From: Magallana gigas
Taxonomy: Eukaryota
NCBI RefSeq assembly: GCF_963853765.1
Contig: NC_088858.1
Span: forward strand, 49,848,001 to 49,912,000
Length of the DNA: 64,000 nucleotides
Reading direction: 5' to 3'
The translations under genes and the position numbers were made by a program. Below the pieces are notes generated by a model that saw only the letters and a program-made list of their open reading frames with translations, searched no databases and was not told the DNA's origin. This document shows, piece by piece, positions 1 to 11,826 of this stretch; the first letter of the stretch is position 1, and every line of letters begins with the position of its first letter.

Positions 1-421
1 AAAAGGAAATTTGAGTGTCATTTGTTGAGTTATAAGCGAGTTACAGAGCATGAAATTCTTCGCAATGTAAACAAAGCTATTGTTTACATTTTGAAGGTTG
101 AAGTAAAAATTTCAGTTTTAAATATAAAACGAATGTGTTAAACGTTAGGAACTGTTTATCTATGCTTAAAATAGATAATAATTTAGACAATTAAGCTAGA
201 AAAAGATTTTTTACTGGTATTTTGAACCTATGTAAACAAAAACAGGGCACGAGCCTTGTTTACATGACAAAAAATTGTGAGCCCTGTATCTTGCTTACAA
301 CTCTTCAAATGACTCTCAAATTTTAATTGTTCATTAGAATTAAAAATGCATGTCTAAAATATTGTAAATAATAAAAACAGAAAAATAGAATTTGACCAAA
401 ATCGTGACCATGCCCCTTTAA
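1..421. mobile_element. Right part of a Kolobok-like MITE, truncated by the window start; same family as 57875-58356
   Basis: Ends in aaaatcgtgaccatgcccct followed by TTAA. Internal blocks (acagagc, ctgtatcttgcttacaac, tattgtaaa) match the full copy at 57875-58356. Confidence 0.75.
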
Positions 422-883
422 TTGCCCCGTGATTACTGGTACTGTACATAACATGCTCAAAGTTATCAACAAAATTTATCATAATTCACAAAATTTTGGA
501 AAAAATCTTTTAAGTACTGAATGTTTAAATATGTTTGAATTTGTGTCATCAAATATTTTTAAAATATAAAAGTTGATCAGCCTAATTTTTACCACAGAAA
601 TTAATTTGAATTTCCTTCATGATACCCTGAAAATAACAAAGTATTCTTAATTTATTTCCTGATCAACAGTCACAAATTTTACTTAAAAAACCCCCATCTT
701 CATCCCTCTTTAAGGTTTGTGGCCGAGAGTGATTAAAAGAATTTCTGAGGCATACAATTTCAAAGTTGGTGGAAAAATATGTAAAGATTTTCATTGTATA
801 CATTTTTTGATATGCGCTGAATAAGAAATATTCAAAAGTTCAAAAACAAGCAAACTGTTTGAGACAAGCAAGTACATGTAGGC

Positions 884-1844
884 ATGATTAATATGCAAAG
901 GTTGCTTTTTTTCAGGTGCAATGTTTACACTTCATCTCAGACATATTATGATGTGTTAGAAATAGGTAGACAAGCAGACAAAAAAGAAATAAAAAAGGCT
1001 TATATAAAATTGTGCAGAAAAGTAAGTATTGAAAGAGAAATAAATGAAGTTTTCTTAATATTAGATCACTAACATTTCCTACTCCTTTCTCCTTCTAATC
1101 CAGATTGTAATATGGTGACCGTGATCTTAATGTGGACTTAAAATTTTGTTATATATAGTTGCATCCTGATGCCAATCCAGGCGATTCTAAAGCTCAGCAG
1201 AAGTTTGTTCGTCTTCAGGAGGCTTACAGCACACTGAGTGATCCAAGAGAGAAAGCACGATATGATGTCCAAATGTACAGAGACATTCAGGAAAGGGCCA
1301 AAACCAAGCAAAAGCAAAATAATTATTCCACTACGTAAGTCAACTTTTAAAGCAAAATTAAAAATAATGGTCTACCCTTGTAAATTAATTTACCTGTCTT
1401 CCCTAAAAGAAAACACCCATTGGAATTGGAATTTTAGTGCATAATACCTGTGTTTTCTTTAATTTTCAATAATAATATATGTGTGTGTTTTTTCTCTTTT
1501 TATTACCAATTCATATCAGGACACACACCACAGAGAATCTGTCTGAACAGGAGACAATTCAGAGGTATTACAGACAGCATCAGGAGCAGTATGAGGAGTG
1601 GCTTCGGAAAACCAGACAGCAAGCGGACAACAGACATCAACAACAGCATCAGCACAATCCAAATGACTGGTCCGGTTGGGAAAACCCCAATCCAGATGAC
1701 CCATTTTATGAGGTCAAGAGCAAGATTGGAAAATTTCTGAACAGAGTATCTTATGCTGACTTGTTCCTTCTGACTGCTTTTGGGAAAATGATAGCTCTGT
1801 TCCTAATGATGATCATATTGTACTCACATTTCAAGGCTCATTGA
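884..1844 (+). CDS. J-protein paralog 1 (type III, DNAJC4/DNAJC30-like) with C-terminal hydrophobic segment. Exons ~884/916-1021, 1159-1334, 1520-1844; start codon uncertain
   Basis: The spliced reading gives [27 protein letters not shown]|[36 protein letters not shown], a J domain with HPD. GT-AG introns 1022-1158 and 1335-1519 keep the frame. The last exon has a Gln/His-rich linker, then [21 protein letters not shown]. Confidence 0.85.
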
Positions 1845-3242
1845 CCCCTATGTACATTTTGACCAGTGGGCTTTCATTTGAGTAATTAGTGTTTTATGAA
1901 TTTTCAACTAAAATATTATATTATCTGGAAATATGAATTGTTTTAAACTATAATGTTGTTGATATCTGAGTGACAAATATCAATGTTGATTATTTATTAT
2001 GCTGCTGATCAAAGGAGCTTTCATTTTCGTTAATATGTGCAAATAGTAATTTGTTTTTAATAAAATCTTATGAGATGTCTATTCATATTTTTCTTAATTT
2101 GAGCCATTCCCCTTTAGGATATATTATTAATTGCAGTGATTCAATGATTTGTGTTTAAGTTGAAGTACAAACGTCTCAAAAATACTGATGACTTTGGGTC
2201 TCTGAAAAACCCTGTGTACTTGAAGACCCCAAAGCTGTCTCTGGACAATATTATAATGGTTGGGTATGATTTTTATATAGAATGATAGTTTTAGGTCACA
2301 TATATGTCATAAATATCGATTTATGAAGAAAGATAAAGAACTGAAGGTCTATAACGTTTGGTGTGTGTGTGTGTGTGGGGCGGGGGTGTTTGAGGTTGAA
2401 ATGCATGCGAGTAGAGACCTAAAACATGTCTCTGATGCGAGTCACATGTGTCACAGTTAATTATCTCTATTATCATTACAAATATTTAAAATTTTAACTC
2501 GAGATTTCAAGAAGTTTTGCTTCTCTTCAGCTTCAGCTCCAAATCAACGCACATTTGGTCACATATACCACTATTTTTACGCAAGTAGTTCCATTCTAAA
2601 AATGTATGTATTATTTCAAAAATTCCATGGGGTACTAAATGGTCGAATTTGGTTCCTTTTATGGCATGGATGGAAAGAAGAAGGTTTGAAAAAAAATACA
2701 GGCAGGAAAATTTTTTGAAAATTATCTTTACAGACGCAATGGAAAGAGTGTAAAGAGGCCAATGTTTAGACAAATTCCAAAGTGAAAGTGAATTTTTCAT
2801 GGTAGGGGTTATTTTAAGGACCATATGTCGGTCCCTTCTCGATTGATTTTCCTGTAGTTTGGATAGTATGCTGTATTTGAACTCATTTGAGCTGGTGGAA
2901 TTTTTTATATGATTTATTTTTGTATAAAGGAATAAGAGGGAAAAATAATTGTGGTCTGTGTCCATTTCTCTTCATAATCCGGTTAACCATCTTAAATAGT
3001 CTTGGTTCATCAGGTCATTATACAAAATATCAGGACATTATACCCATCAGATTTAAAAATATGTAATAAAATATTCCAAATTCATAACAAAATATTTTTG
3101 TTTCAAATAATCATTTAAGAATATATAGATTAATCAAATAATATGCAAAAATTATTAAAAACCATCTATTTAATTATCTAAAACTTGGAAAGAAAGTTCA
3201 TCAGGTTATCAGGACATTATACATATCAGGTCATTATACAGG

Positions 3243-3307
3243 CCCGTTTGTTTGGTTTTAACATTACTTGTCCTATTGTCACTTCTGGTTGTGAGGTTAA
3301 CCTGAAG
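3243..3307 (+). other. Probable non-coding first exon of J-protein paralog 2
   Basis: ctggttgtgaggttaacctgaag|gtaata is homologous to ctggttatgaggttgaccttaag|gtttgt upstream of paralog 3; both end in a GT donor. The start coordinate is approximate. Confidence 0.5.
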
Positions 3308-3424
3308 GTAATAATTTGACTGCGTTTTATGTTTATATAATAACAAAATGAAGGTACATGCCATAGATGATCAAACAGTCTGACATATTTAATTATCTAA
3401 TTGATATGTAAACGACGTGGTTGT

Positions 3425-3623
3425 CACAGGGGCTTGTGTAGATTTTTTTTTATTATAAAGTGGGTATATCGGGTTAACATGGTTAAACGTTAGTTTTCCT
3501 CCGAGTAGAAAGGATAATCTTACCGAGACCAGGCTACGCATTTTAACGATTGAACAATCTATCTATCCTCCAAGGTACCCACTTTTTAACAATGTTTTTT
3601 TTTCTTGTACACAAGCCCCTGTG
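3425..3623. mobile_element. MITE of about 200 bp
   Basis: Terminal inverted repeats cacaggggcttgtgta / tacacaagcccctgtg. No clear TSD. Confidence 0.6.
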
Positions 3624-4483
3624 GACCATGGTGGCTCGATCGCAGATGTCTTTGGCTTAAACAGTTAAACTAAGACAGTGCCGTTTGATTTAGTATACTA
3701 TTTATGTAGCACATTTGGGCGATTTTTAAATAAAAATACACATCCATGTGAAAGAAGTAAGATTGAAATCTTTGAAAGAGAAAATATCCAAAATATCTCC
3801 ATTGACACGTTATAATTTTTCAATTGTGGAAAAATTGAGGAACGAAAAAGAAAAAAAATGTTACTGGTATATATTTACATCTACCAAGTGTGATTCCCTA
3901 TGCTTCTTACGGAAACTTATAGTAAATTCATAGTTCTATAGCCAGACTGAAATCTACACGCCCTGTTTATCGATTGGTCGTAACCTACAGCGACCTAAGT
4001 AAAATAACGGACTGCACGAAACAATCATGGTGATGTCAAACTCAAAGTCTCACAGGAGACGATTTGACTGTTTCTTTTAGCTAACGTATTGGTGTGCATT
4101 AACAGTAATTAAGTGAATTTTACTAAACTTTTATAATCAATTTATTAAATAGTTAAAACAAAGATGTAAATATAAACAAGAAAATGCTTTCGTTGATGGT
4201 TCAATCATGCTGGTTATAAAGATAGCCTTCATTGCAGAAACAATTTATATAACCCGCTAACACGTAATGTATAATACTGGCATTTACGAGTAGATAATGT
4301 ACATGTATTTTCATTTGCATATATTAGCTAGTACCAAATATTTGTTTTACAGAGATATTAAGTTAATAGCAAACAGCTTTACACCATTCTTAATGCATCA
4401 GTGGCTGGAGTTATTGACATTTAAATTATTCATTATCAAATTGTTATATTTATTTTAGGCCAACGGAGATGCTGAATTAAGTT

Positions 4484-6098
4484 ATGAATCAATTGTCATG
4501 TTGCACAAAGAGGCTTCTGCATTCTATTCCAATTCCATCATGTAGAATATTGGCTATAAGGTAAAATTTAATGCTATTTTGTATTTGATCTCAGTTCTAC
4601 ATACAACTTCAAAAAGATGCATGAAAGACGTTCTTTGCAGGCAAAACTCATCTGCCCAACATTGGAAAACACATTATGAAACACTGGGGGTTCCAAGCAC
4701 GGCCAGTGAAAAAGAGATCAAAACTGCATACATAGAATTATGTAAAAAGGTATGGACACCAAAGAGAGTTCATAAGCATCTGATTTCATTTAATTAAAAA
4801 TGTTTTACCTGGTTTGTTGCCATGAAATTCTGTAGATTTTCTACTTAACACGTCAGTACTAATACTTTATTTTGGGATTCCATCAGTTTGTGTCAAGCAC
4901 TAAACTTTCAGTATAATTTGATATAAAATGTACCGTAGTTCAAAACAGTCTGAAAAATAAAATCTGTAAGGGTTGCTTGTTGCAATTTAACACAATACAT
5001 TGTATTCTTGCATTGCTTGCATTTAATTTAGAGTCTACAGTATTAGTGATATACAGTCAAACTTTGTTATCTTGAACTAGATTGGACTGTTTCAAAACTT
5101 TGAGATATCTGAGTATTCAAGATATCGAGAGTAAAATATTTAAAAAAATAAGTGGTTTGGACTTACAAATCACTTTGACATATCCATTTTATTCGAGATT
5201 TAGGTGTTCAAGATATAAAAGATCAACTGTAAATGATTCCACAGTGTTTGCATTTTGTCAATTACTTATTACCATATTGATGCTGTAAAAACTTTTATAT
5301 TTTTAATTTCATGTACATGTATTTAAAGATAACAAATTTTATCATATCTTTCTTTTACCAGTATCATCCTGATGCTAATCCAAATGATCCACAGGCTCAA
5401 CAAAAATTTGTTGAACTTCAAAAAGCCTATGAAATACTGAGTGAAGAAAAGACTCTGTAAGTTTGATGGTTTTAAAGAAATGTAATCACAGACAGGTACA
5501 GAGAGAATGACCATGGATTGCAAAAGCTTTTTATTAAACATGTGTTAGATTTAAAAAATGTAAAGATTTGAGTTTTTATTAAACATGTGTTAAAAATGTA
5601 AAGATTTGAGTATGGTGGGAAACAAATGAAGCTACAAACTTTGGTTGTCAATTAAATCATCATTCTTGAAAACAACAATTTTTAAATTGACAGTAAGATA
5701 TATACCAGTACAAACACCACTAGAACATACCGGTATCTTTTATCAAAGACATCATTTTACCATAAAGATTTAATTTTAATTGTATAGAAATATGCTAGTT
5801 TAGTTTGAGATACATGTATTAAATCATGAATATTTGCAAATGAAAAAAATTATTCAGAAAGGATTTACCAGCCGGAGTAACCATGGACGAAATTATTAAA
5901 GAATGCCGCCAGCAAGTAACGGCAGAGAAACTAAAGGCAAGGAAGGAGAGGGAGGAGCGTGAACAGGATATTGAATACACTCCCAACCATGGAATAAATC
6001 TGTGGATCGGGCCAATTATCTTTTTCGCTGGAATCATCATCCTTGGTATTTTGTATTGTTGTACTGCTGATATATTTACATCTTATACTGGCCCCTAA
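4484..6098 (+). CDS. J-protein paralog 2 (type III, mitochondrial-type presequence, C-terminal TM). Exons 4484-4560, 4641-4749, 5362-5456, 5858-6098 (or 5858-6045 plus downstream exons)
   Basis: [26 protein letters not shown]|[36 protein letters not shown]|[32 protein letters not shown]|[15 protein letters not shown]...[15 protein letters not shown]. All introns are GT-AG with consistent phases. Confidence 0.85.
5054..5229. mobile_element. Tc1/mariner-type MITE of about 176 bp
   Basis: TA-cagtcaaac ... tcaactg-TA ends. An inverted copy lies at 21417-21594. Confidence 0.65.
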
Positions 6099-9000
6099 TT
6101 TCTTCATCAGTAGACATTCTTTTTATATTCATATATAGTACAAATTTATTTAAAGAGACTGGAAATTTTAGATGGAATAATTATGTATCATGACATTCTC
6201 ATATTTTGACAATTCAACTTTTTTAAAGAGAATTTTTAGGTTTGTATCATCAACATGTGCAACAATAAATGTGAGATTTACTGTAAAACCAACTTTTATT
6301 TGGGACAACTTTATTTCGTGATTTACCAGAGGGGGCGACTTATTTTTCAACCAAGGTGTATATTTGTGGAAAATGAAATGCAGTGGTTTGCAGAGATGAA
6401 ATTTGCAATGATGAGGCTCTTGGTACTCGCAAAAATTTCTCGTAGGGAATAAAAGTTGGTTTACAGCAACTGAAGCAGCATTATTTCACAATCTCTGGAA
6501 TGAACTTTATTTTATTTTCAGAAGGCAGACCTTAGTATCACGCAAGGTAAAGGACATTTTCCATGTATAAAAAATTACAGATTTAAGTAGAAAGTAATTC
6601 ATGAACCTACATGTAGGTGCTCCACATCTAAACCAGTACTAGTTTATTATAAAATTTGTCCAGTGCTCCTATACTTTTAAATCAACAATACCTTCACTTT
6701 TAGTCAATTTATTTCCTATTACCTTGGCTATTGAAAATCAACTTTTGATCTGCGTGTCTAACAAATTTCAAGAAAAAAAACCTATTATCATCATTTGAAT
6801 GATGACAAAAAAATGGCCGGGTAAAGCCTTAGGAATGTTTAGATGTAGTCAGGCCTTGGGGTAATATTTAGGCTATATTTACGGTATCTCCTTGAAAAGG
6901 AAAATTCTGTATGGTATATAAAAGATGAAAAATAATAGAACATGATATACGATACTAAAATTTAAAAGCCAAACTTAGAGAGTTGTTCTACTAATTACTA
7001 GTTTATATACATTTAGCTTAAAAAATTATATATTCTTACTGTCAATTTCTTAGCACATAGGGGTGCTAAGTATATACTACATGTATATACCTGTATTTTT
7101 GATTAGTGAGTACTTATGTAGATAGTTTAGAAGTACAGTAAAAAAAATTTGGGGGTCTTTAACTAGATACACATACATTTATATACAGAGAATCTGATTG
7201 ATTGCATCACATGTTATTTTACTTTCTTATTTCATGAGACAACAATGGTGAATATTTTATATTAATATTTTATTTATCCGCTTCCAATGTCCGAACGTCG
7301 CTGTTACTTCTGGTAGTCAATGGATGGTAACAAAATCCCTTAAGATGTGAAGAAATGATAGAAAAGAACATCTATCCAGATAGCTTATTGTAAGGTCCAT
7401 TCAAACCAGAGGCCTCTCGGTGCTCACAATGACATGGCGTCTAGTTATTATAATTTTTTTGTCTCAATTTCTCAAACACTTTTTATATAGACGAATTTTC
7501 GATTTCAATGAAACTTTCAGATCTTACTCTTGACAAAATTTGTAAGAAATAACACGTTGTTTTTTTTTGTTAGTCATTACTTCTGGCTATGAGATATCAT
7601 ACATGTACATGTTAACCTCCAGTGATGAAAAACATGTACATGTAGATTAAGTACTCCAAAGCGGTAGCATAGTGCGCGGCCTTTTTCTCGTATATTTTAA
7701 AACATATTTTTATATGCTACATGTATATATGTAGATATGTAGATAGGGTTTCTGATTAGTAATAAAGAAATTCAACTAAAATATAAAACTAAAATTTATC
7801 AATAGCAACACATGCAGAAAAAGTCTGAAAAAAGAGACTGAAACAATTGCTATTCGAAGTGAAGTAAGAACTATTAGTAAATCGTAAATCCTTTTTTTAT
7901 ATAATCAAAAACGATGCTTCGATGCTTATCACAAATCATGCAGTGTTGCAATAAAGTGCAAGTCAAGATACTGCTATTGCCAAGATAAAAGATATACATG
8001 TATGAAATCACCGTTAAAGCCACGTGTGGGATTAATTATTTTTCCTTAAAGATTTCATGTTTTGTTTGTTCACAACTTTTCTCAAAAGTATCAAATATAC
8101 AACTTTAAAATGTTCACTGACGGTAGATAGTTTTTCGGTCGCAGTGCCCTCTGCATATCTGAACATCCGACGTCACAGGTCGTCGCCACAAATAACATCA
8201 TTTTTTCAACTATTTTTATTTTTTCAATAGAGATGTTTTAATAGATAAAGAATTATGAAATTTGTTTTAAAATCGATCCACACATTCTCGAGATATTGTG
8301 CTCCAAAGGACTGCCCTGAAGCGAGTTCCCGTTGTGTATTTTGATAGACTTGTGCAAAGGTGACCCGGGTTCGAAAATCGACTGCCGAATGTTTTTTCTT
8401 CCTGTATTGTGTTTCGCTTTTTGAATTTTTTAAATGATGGATTTTACTGATTCCCGTTTTAATTTTATGAAACATCACAATAACAGAACCTTTTTCCAGT
8501 ATAAATACCGGTCTATTGAAATCCTTCGAAAGGGTTTTAGTTAGAAGGGTTAAATTGAATCTAAAGAAGTGGTATTATAAAGAAATGATAGAAAAGAACA
8601 AGCGTCCAGATAAGATAGCCTTTTTAAAAGTGCATTTGAACGGAAGACATCTCGTTAATCGCAACAAGATCGCTGCTGTTTTTCAGAAAACGATTAATAT
8701 ATTGTTTAAATTATGCTTGCCCCAAGAGGGCCTAGAATTGGCGAATAAACTTGAAATATGTTATGTTTTCAGGTACTCACCTTACCTCATTATTGGTGAA
8801 GAGAATCAATGTGGGAGAAATTATCAGAGATGATGTATTCAAATGTCAATTAATGGATTTTAAAAGAGCAAACTGTGAACTCATAAGGTTGACAGGTTCT
8901 TTGTGTGGACTGACACTATGATTTTAACGTACAATGACTGAACTGTTACTGTAATAAAATTGTAATAAAATTGTTTTTGAAAATATCCACAGCTTTTGCT

Positions 9001-10029
9001 TATGCTTTAAATGAAATCGGACACAAATTTCTAAATACGCCTACATATATACCTCTTGATTTGTTATAAACTTAGCAACGATAAGGAAACCTTCCGAATA
9101 CATTCGCATTCAGTGGTGTATATGGCGGTATGTAATTGTTATAGCATACTTTTCTACTGGTTTGCTTGAATGTGTTCACATCAAGTCAACAACATCAGTT
9201 TTAAAATGGAGAAGGCTCACTGTACTTTTACGTTTTATGAAAAAAGAAGTTGCCTATTAGGAGAAAAATGTAACTCATCTTACTTTTTACAATCAGTTTA
9301 TTAATTTGTTAAAAGGAAGGCGTAAATATGAACAATAAGTGCTTTCTTTGATTATCCATTCGGGTTATGAAGGTAGCGATCATTGCAGAAAAAATAATAT
9401 GTAACCCGCTAACGCGCGTTATGTATTATTTCTGCAATGTTGACATCTTCACATCCAGCATGAATTATAATTACCAAAGAAAGCATTTTATTGTTTGCAT
9501 GTACCTACTATTTTTTGTTCTAATTACATGTACTATTTTATTATGATATACAATATAACTACTATATAACTTCAATCCCAAAATGATTCTTATCAATGAT
9601 TCCTGCAAATTGCAATCTTAATATGCCCAATTTCTTTGGATAAATGATGCATCTTGTGATAATGATGCTCTTCAAAGGCTTTACATTGAAGTTTTATATT
9701 TTTAGGCACATATACATGTAATATACATTTATGTAGCCTACATTTATTTCTCAAAGTAAAGCATATTTTTGAATGTTCGATCAGTTTATGTAAATAGGCG
9801 CCTCTGTAAATGCGTTTTAGGACCCTGATTGTGCTATCTTGTATATTATATATGTTTCCTATAGGCATCGGAACCGGGGGGGGGGGGGGCTTGGGCTTAG
9901 AACCCCCGCCCCCCCCCCCCCATACCACCACCCCGATTATTTTGCAAAGTTACATGTAGGCATAACCATAAGCCTTTATTTGCTTCCGACGCCACTGAGT
10001 TTTACAAGAAAATTGTAATATTCCGGAAA

Positions 10030-10104
10030 ACCCGTCCGTCTTGTTTGCTTGGTTTTACATTTACTCTTTCGATTATCTTTTCTGGTTATGAGGTTGACCT
10101 TAAG
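10030..10104 (+). other. Probable non-coding first exon of J-protein paralog 3
   Basis: Homologous to 3243-3307; donor AAG|gtttgt at 10105. The start coordinate is approximate. Confidence 0.5.
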
Positions 10105-10504
10105 GTTTGTGACATTTTTGTTTACGTAAAAGCAATATAAGCCTTAACATTCATTAGTTAGTAAAACAATCTGACAGAATATTAATATTCATATTTTGAA
10201 CGCTTTGATACCGAAATCGATATTGGGTTGTGATTATTGTCTTTTGAGAAGTGGACAGGCATAGCCTACATCCACTTCTCTTCGCAAGCCCTAATATTTT
10301 TATTCTGGATAACGTGTAAATGTCGGAACCGAAGACGGATTACGCTTCGACCCATGTTTCGACTCCAGTTTCCCTGAATTTTCATAACAGACCTATTATT
10401 TCTACATTTTAAACATTATTGCATCCATGTATTATAAAAAAATCAACACTAACCCCTTGTCAAGTCATTTTCCCAACTTCTACATCCCGGGTTTAAATTA
10501 TAAG

Positions 10505-11618
10505 ACCTCTCGCTATTAGATATGGCCAGAAATTAGTCCTGACTTTTACCCCATTTCATTTGTAACCAGTAACAAGGCACTGTTTTCTGGTGACAAAAGT
10601 AACATATAATACAAAACTGATTATTTTCTTTCAGCTGGATGGCTTAATTTCATCCAGTAACAATGGTTACAGCTATATTCTATTGGTGACAAAAGGTAAC
10701 AGAGGTGACGAGCCTTTTTCTGTTTAGCAGGGGGTCTTATTTTATGTGGTTACAATGGTTACAGCTATATTCTCTTTGTGACAAAAGGTAACAGAGGTGA
10801 CAAGCATTTTTCTGTTAAGCAGGGGGTCTTATTTTATTTGGTTACATTGGTTACAATGGTTACAGCTATATTCTATTGGTGACAAGAGGTAATAGAGGTG
10901 ACGAGCATTTTTCTGTTTAACAGAGGGTCTTATTTTATTTGGTTACAATGGTTACAGCTATAATCCATTGGTGACAAGAGGTAACAGAGGTGACGAGCAT
11001 TTTTCTGTTTAACAGAGGGTCTTATTTTATTTGGTTACAATGGTTACAGCTATAATCCATTGGTGACAAGAGGTAACAGAGGTGACGAGCATTTTTCTGT
11101 TTAACAGAGGGTCTTATTTTATTTTATTACAATGGTTACAGCTATATTCTATTGGTGACAAGAGGTAACAGAGGTGACGAGCCTTTTTCTGTTTAGCAGG
11201 GGGTCTTATTTTATGTGGTTACAATGGTTACAATGGTTACAGCTATATTCTATTGGTGACAAGAGGTAACAGAGGTGACAAGCCTTGTTCTGTTTAGCAG
11301 GGGGTCTTATTTTATTTGGTTACAATGGTAACAGCTATATTCTCTTTGTGACATAGGGTAACAGTGGTGACAGTCATTTGCATGATTTACAGGGGGTCTT
11401 TTTTTAAATTGGTAACATTGGTTACAATGGTTACATAACCCTAACCCTAAACTAACCCTAATTCAACCCTAACCCTAAACTAACTCTAGTCAAAAGTACA
11501 TCAAAGTTTGAAAATCATTCATAATCAAACATTGTGACCGATGTAACCAATGTTACTGGTTACAAATAGAAAGGGGTAAAAGTCAGGACTAATTTCTGGC
11601 CATATATGAGCGAGAGGT
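10505..11618. mobile_element. Non-autonomous TIR element with an internal 92/101-bp tandem array and (TAACCC)-like repeats
   Basis: acctctcgct..atatggccagaaattagtcctgacttttacccc..tgtaaccagtaaca at 10505-10575 is the reverse complement of 11550-11618. Confidence 0.8.
10655..11435. repeat. Tandem array of about 8 units of 92 or 101 bp
   Basis: Unit ggttacagctatattctattggtgacaagaggtaacagaggtgacgagc...gggtcttatttt recurs near 10666, 10758, 10860, 10951, 11042, 11135, 11236 and 11328. Long units carry an extra 9-mer, ttacaatgg. Confidence 0.9.
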
Positions 11619-11826
11619 AGTTTAAAAAAGTAGAAAAATTATAGTCGAAAAAACCGGAAAATATTGTTCGGATTGTAATAACAGATTGGCTTTGGTTGGA
11701 CAGGTGTCCGCAATTTTAGGTAGAGGGTTTCATGAATATCATAACAGTGCATTCATGATATTTACCAGAAACCCTGCTATGGATGGAGAGAAGACGGTTT
11801 TCTCTGATTAAATCCATTATTCACTA

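Noticed and set aside
2118-2290. Possible extra exon of paralog 1 (DILLIAVIQ*FVFKLKYKRLK...)
   Set aside because: It has an in-frame stop and no convincing upstream donor was found; paralog 1 already has its own TM and stop.
2507-2965. 152-aa minus-strand ORF
   Set aside because: No recognisable motifs, AT-rich codons, and it lies in probable TE remnant sequence.
8516-8772. N-terminal part of the 105-aa ORF at 8516
   Set aside because: Only the part after the acceptor at 8772 is conserved in the paralog; the rest looks intronic.
10655-11435. Regularly spaced repeats resembling a CRISPR array
   Set aside because: Eukaryotic context, no unique spacers (whole units repeat), and no cas genes.
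11436-11485. True telomere or chromosome-fusion site
   Set aside because: Only about 50 bp, degenerate, in a single orientation, and inside a TIR element.
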